Positions 58,510 through 64,000 of a DNA stretch of 64,000 nucleotides are shown in pieces; the stretch's first letter is position 1; the number at the start of each line of letters is the position of its first letter. Origin of the DNA: Eledone cirrhosa (lineage: Eukaryota). A program made the translations under genes and the position numbers. The notes under the pieces were generated by a model. The model saw only the letters and a list, made by a program, of their open reading frames with translations. It ran no database searches and was not told where the DNA came from. The DNA is taken from the NCBI GenBank assembly GCA_964016885.1, contig OZ024751.1:47058001-47122000 (forward strand), read 5' to 3'.

Positions 58510-59575
58510 TCACACTGCGGCAGGTATTCGAGAAATCGTGGGAGTATTACCAAGAAGTATATTCTTGTTTTGTCGACCTTGAAAAGGCATATGACCGCGT
58601 TCCTCGAGACCTGCTGTGGAAGGATGTGCAGGAATATAGGATTGATGGTCAGCTTCTTACTGCCCTGGTGTCTCTATACGAACACCCGAGTATAGTGTTT
58701 GGATAAATGGTGCTAAATCGAAACCATTCAATGTGAGAGTTGGACTCTGCCAAGGGTGCGTATTGTCCCCTCTCTTGTTCATTATTTACATGAACAGCAT
58801 TGACATGCGCAGCCGGGTTAGAAGTGGTATCATGACTGGTGGGTGTACAATCAGTCGGCTAGAATTTGCAGACGACATGGCGTTACTTAACTCGACAGAA
58901 GGTGATCTCCGACTTGCACTTGAGAGGTTTGATGCCTCGTGCTGCATGGCTGGAATGAAAATCAGTGCTGCGAAAACTTAGATACTCGTCCTCTCAAGGA
59001 AGCCTGCACAGTGCCCTCTACATGTGAATGGAGTTCGACTGAAGCAGGTAGAGAAGTTCAAGTATCTCGGGGTCGTGTTCACGAGTGATGGAAGGCTAGA
59101 GGCTGAATTATGTGCAAGAATTGCAAAAGCTGGCGCAGTAACACGCCAGCTTCAGTAGTCAGTAATCAGAAGAAGGGAGGTAGGTAGGCGTAAAAGCCAA
59201 ACTCGCTATCTTCAATTCGGTTTTCGTGCCAACCCTTGAATCTTGGGTAATGACCGAAAGAATACTATTACGAATAAAAACGGCCGAAATGGGATTCCTC
59301 CGAAGGGTCTTTGGAGTAATGTTACTGGATAGAGTATGTAGCTCAAAGATCAGAGAGTCTCTCCAGGTAGAGCCGTTACTTCTCCGAATCACAGCTCCGA
59401 TACTATGGGCATGTGGTTAGAATGTCTCAGGAAAGAATCGCTGGACAGATTTTACGGGCAAAACCAACCGGAAGGAGACCCTGGGGTAGACCCCGAGCAA
59501 GGTGGTTGGATAACATCCACAAGCTTGCCTAGTCACGCTTGGGGATCCAGCCGGATCAATTGGAAACAATTACTT
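58510..59575 (+). pseudogene. RTE-clade LINE reverse transcriptase, 5'-truncated and disrupted
   Basis: CFVDLEKAYDRVPR, GLCQGCVLSPLLF, LEFADD, GMKISAAKT*, QVEKFKYLG. Confidence 0.9.
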
Positions 59576-60639
59576 CTGTCATTAGTTATATTTAACAAGA
59601 CAGATTTCAAACAACAACAACAGCAATAACAACAACAAACATAAAAATAGTAAATGATAATATTATAAATAAATGAATTAATTAATTAATAAATGAATGA
59701 TAAGTTCAAATAGCCGATGCAACGCGGTAGAAATATACACAATATTGCCCTTTATACACCCTTTGCCCTTCATATACCCTTTGCTCTTTATATATCCTTT
59801 ACCTTTTATATATTTCTACCACATTCTACCAATCTTTTGAAATACATATCAATTATTACATATCTTACAATGTTTCGTATTAACTAAACTAATAACATTT
59901 AATGAAACAATAATTACATAATTAAAATAAATTATAGTAAATAAATAAATAAATAAACAGATTTATTAATTGGTTGATAATCGATAATGAAAGTGAAAGT
60001 AGAAATGAGAAGGAAAAGGAGATAAAGACTGAATAAATGTAACGGAAAATATAATTATCGGAAGTGAGTGTGGAGGGAGTAGGGTGGGAGGAGAGGGAAA
60101 TGGGAGCGGAAGTAGAAATTGACGGAAGTAATTTGTAAAGAGAAAAATTAAACAGATAAAGGTTGTTTTTTTTTAAAGGGAGAAAGAAAGAAAGAGAATG
60201 AAACAAACAAAGAAAAAAAATAAAGAAAACAAACAGAAATTAAAACATTGTTTTGGTGAGGAACAATTCGAAACACAACACAAACAAGAGAAATAGTAGT
60301 CAAATTATCCTTCTCTCCTCTCTTAAACCTTTTAACACCAAACCACCTGAAACCGTCCTTGGTTCTTGTAATAAAATACTTCATTTTAAAGTGTTGGTAT
60401 TTATCTAAAAGTTAGCATCATCATTTTATGTAAGAACCTTGTTATATTCCAATCATAAGCTTTATAATTAAAAAGAAATAGCTATTCATTCTTCCAAACT
60501 ATTGGTTATTTTCAAAATTACAAAGAAAACAAACAGAAATTAGAACATCAATGTATTTTTTGATAATTTATTGGTTTTAATCATTGATCAGATTGGGTTT
60601 AATCGATCGTAGCGGACCCACGTGATGGTGAAGCGAACT

Positions 60640-60728
60640 AAAGAGTGTTTCCCCGCAAAAAAAATGTATACACACTTCAACAGCATTCTAATAAAAGTGT
60701 GTATACATCTTTTTAGAACACCTTATAT
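60640..60728. mobile_element. Degenerate Tc1/mariner-type MITE
   Basis: AAAATGTATACACACTT / AAGTGTGTATACATCTTT inverted arms with GTGT...ACACC ends. Confidence 0.5.
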
Positions 60729-61529
60729 GTAACCATGCGGCTGTACCTGCTCACCTGCTGATTGAGCTGACGTAGGATCAAAGATATTCCAGTCGTGACC
60801 ATCTCGTCTTTTTAGGGGATACCCAGGAATACTTTATCCAGTGGGTCTTACCATTTTTTAAGGGATTAAGGTGTGTCATTTAAGAAAGGTTTGACATTTT
60901 TTAGAGCTGTTGTAGGTGAACATTTAGTGAAAGTTGTTCCTGTTGTTGTTGTTGCTGCTGCTGTTGCTGCTGTTCTTGTTACTGTTGTTGATGTTATTAT
61001 TGTTGCTGTTGTTGTTACTGTTGTTGTTGTTGTTGTTGTTGTTGTTTCTATTGTTGTTACCGTTGTTGTTGATGTTGTTGTTGTTGCTGCTATTACTGTT
61101 GTTACCACTATTGTTGTTACAGTTGTTGCTGTTGTTGTTATTATTGTTGCTGTTGTTGTTACTACTGTTGTTATTGTTGTTGTTGTTGTTGTTGCTGTCG
61201 CTGTTACTAATGTTGTTACTAACGCTGTTGTTGCTGTTGTTGTTGTTGCTGTCATATTCTTTTATTTTATACAATTATTTATTACCACTCCTCCCACCAT
61301 TTGACCACAAGGTAATCGGAGTCACAACCAACCGTGTCCACCCCTCCTTCACCAGCCCACTTTCTCCGCCTCCTGTCACTACTCCCCCTCCCCTCCCCCC
61401 TCTCTCTCTGTATCACTCTCAATGTGCCACACTTCCTAAACAATCTCAACCTGCTCTACTCCTGCCTATCTGTAACCTAATTCTACCCCTAATTCTATCT
61501 GTAGCCTAATTCTACCGGCAACAGTAGCA

Positions 61530-61935
61530 CCACCACCACCACCACCACCACCACCACTACTATACAATCACTACCATTAGCAATAACCACAACACCAACA
61601 CCAGCAATACAAACATCAGCACCACCACCACCACTATACAATCACTACCATTAGCAATAACCACAACACCAACACCAGCAATACAAACATCAGCACCACC
61701 ACCACCACCACTATACAATCACTACCATTACCAATAACCACAACACCAACACCAGCAATACAAACATCAGCACCACCACCACCACCACCACCACCACTAC
61801 TATACAATCACTACCATTAGCAATAACCACAACATCAACACCAGCAATACAAACATCAGCACCACCACCACCACTACTATACAATCACTACCATTACCAA
61901 TAACCACAACACAATACAAACATCAGCACCAACAA
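61530..61935. repeat. Minisatellite, unit about 65-80 bp with a variable (CAC)n tract
   Basis: TACAATCACTACCATTA.CAATAACCACAACA repeated five times. Confidence 0.85.
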
Positions 61936-62181
61936 CACAACCACCAGCACTATCGCCAATACCAACACCAGCAATACCACGAAAACCACCACCACCAACA
62001 ACAACAACAATAACACCACCAACAACAACAATAACACCAACAACAACGCCAATACCAGCAACAACACCACCACCACCAACAATAACACCACCAACAACAA
62101 CAATACCAGCAACAACAACACCAACACAATCACCACCAACAATACCAACAACACCAGCAATGTTTAATGCCTTATACACAT

Positions 62182-62268
<87 letters not shown>

Positions 62269-62339
62269 TGGCACTCTCAAACACGCACACACACTCAAAC
62301 ACACACAAATACGCACAGACAAATACACACAAACATATA

Positions 62340-63388
62340 CACACGAGTTTTGTTTTGTTTGATGGAAAAGTTGGACCATTCAAGCTTCAGGACTAAAAGA
62401 CAGTTTTAGCTTTGTCGAGGCCCTTTTTTCACATCATATCTTAGATTAACTGAACTGGTTTCTACCGTGAGTCCTCAATAAGCTTTGGTGTCTCTGTTAA
62501 TGAAGGAGTTGGACCAATCAGGTTTCAGAGTTGGGCCATAACAGGTTTCAGAGTTGGGCCTTAACAGGTTTCAGAGTTGGGCCATAACAGGTTTCAGAGT
62601 TGGGCCATAACAGGTTTCAGAGTTGGGCCATAACAGGTTTCAGAGTTGGGCCATAACAGGTTTCAGAGTTGGGCTATAACAGGTTTCAGAGTTGGGCTAT
62701 AACAGGTTTCAGAGTTGGGCCATAACAGGTTTCAGAGTTGGGCCAATCAGGTTTCAGAGTTGGGCCATAACAGGTTTCAGAGTTGGGCCATAACAGGTTT
62801 CAGAGTTGGGCCATAACAGGTTTCAGAGTTGGGCTATAACAGGTTTGAGAGTTGGGCCATAACAGGTTTCAGAGTTGGGCCATAACAGGTTTCAGAGTTG
62901 GACCATAACAGGTTTCAGAGTTGGGCCATAACAGGTTTCAGAGTTGGGCCATAACAGTTTCAGAGTTGGGCCATAACAGGTTTCAGAGTTGGACCATAAC
63001 AGGTTTCAGAGTTGGGCCATAACAGGTTTCAGAGTTGGGCCATAACAGGTTTCAGAGTTGGGCCATAACAGGTTTCAGAGTTGGACCATAACAGGTTTCA
63101 GAGTTGGGCCATAACAGGTTTCAGAGTTGGGCCATAACAGGTTTCAGAGTTGGGCTATAACAGGTTTCAGAGTTGGGCTATAACAGGTTTCAGAGTTGGG
63201 CTATAACAGGTTTCAGAGTTGGGCTATAACAGGTTTCAGACTCTGAATGAAAACTGCAGCTTTGCCGTGTCTCTTTTCCACACCTGTTCTCGAGATTCAA
63301 CCTTCAGTAATGAGACAGCCCAGGTATGTAAAGGTGTCAACCGTCACCAGGGTTTGGCCCTCCAGTTGGTCCTCACCAGTTCCTGGGT
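62340..63388 (-). pseudogene. LINE RT fragment hosting a minisatellite
   Basis: QLEGQTLVTVDTFTYLGCLIT...RHGKAAVFIQSLKP [array] WSNSFINRDTK. Confidence 0.65.
62506..63240. repeat. 23-bp minisatellite, about 32 copies
   Basis: CAGGTTTCAGAGTTGGGCCATAA, head to tail, no spacers. Confidence 0.95.
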
Positions 63389-64000
63389 GTTGCTGGTGGT
63401 GATTGTGGTGGTTTTGCTGGTATTGGCGGTGGTGGTGGTGCTGTTGTTGTTGGAGATGGTGTTGGTAGTGTTGTTGGTGGTGGGTGTATTGGTGGTGTTG
63501 GTGGTGGTATTGTTGGTATTGCTGGTGGTGATGATGGTAATGGTGGTGTTGCTGGTGGCAATGGTGGTATTGCTAGTGGTGGTGGTGGTGGTGTTGGTGG
63601 TGGTATTGTTGGTATTGATGGTGGTGGTGGTATTGTTGGTGTTGCTGGTGGCAATGGTGGTGGTGATGATGGTGATGGTGATGATGGTGGTGACGGTGGT
63701 ATGCTGCTGCTGTTTGTGGTCGTGATGATGGTGTTGCTGGTGGTGTTGTTGGTGGTGTTGATGGTGGTGTTGCTGGTGGTGTTGTTGGTGGTGTTGCTGG
63801 TAGTGTTGCTGGTGGTGTTGATGGTGGTGTTGTTGGTGGTGTTGCTGGTGGTGTTGTTGGTGGTGTTGATGGTGGGGTTGTTGGTGTTGTTGTTGGTGGT
63901 GTTGATGGTGGTGTTGTTGGTGGTGTTGTTGGTGGTGTTGTTGGTGGTGTTGTTGGTGGTGTTGTTGGTGGTGTTGATGGTGGTGTTGCTGGTGGTGTTG
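63385..64000. repeat. (GGT/GTT)n low-complexity repeat
   Basis: Direct inspection. Confidence 0.9.

Noticed and set aside
62506-63240. Possible CRISPR array
   Set aside because: Head-to-tail 23-bp units without spacers, no cas genes, eukaryotic context

Overview
Eukaryotic, AT-rich, microsatellite-saturated DNA with no recognisable host protein-coding gene. The tRNA-derived SINE families resemble those of octopod cephalopods (inference from memory, not searched). Nearly all ORF-track entries are translations of (TA)n, (CA)n, (GA)n and triplet repeats. Real coding content is limited to retroelement pseudogenes: two copies of a Penelope-like element (PLE; RT plus C-terminal GIY-YIG, 37062-39853 and 20050-21822), a second PLE endonuclease remnant (27836-28070), RTE-type LINE fragments and an R4/Dong-type fragment. 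The main hidden signal lies in the short unique islands between the (TA)n tracts. By eye these belong to about ten families carrying hammerhead-ribozyme (HHR) motifs, roughly 30 or more whole, half or degenerate motifs in 64 kb. Three islands are non-coding units of 478, 532 and about 425 bp with terminal direct redundancy, as expected for retrozyme-like elements copied from circular or tandem RNA. Many others are fold-back palindromes whose turn point lies in or just 5' of the ribozyme. All folds were derived by hand and no catalytic activity is shown.
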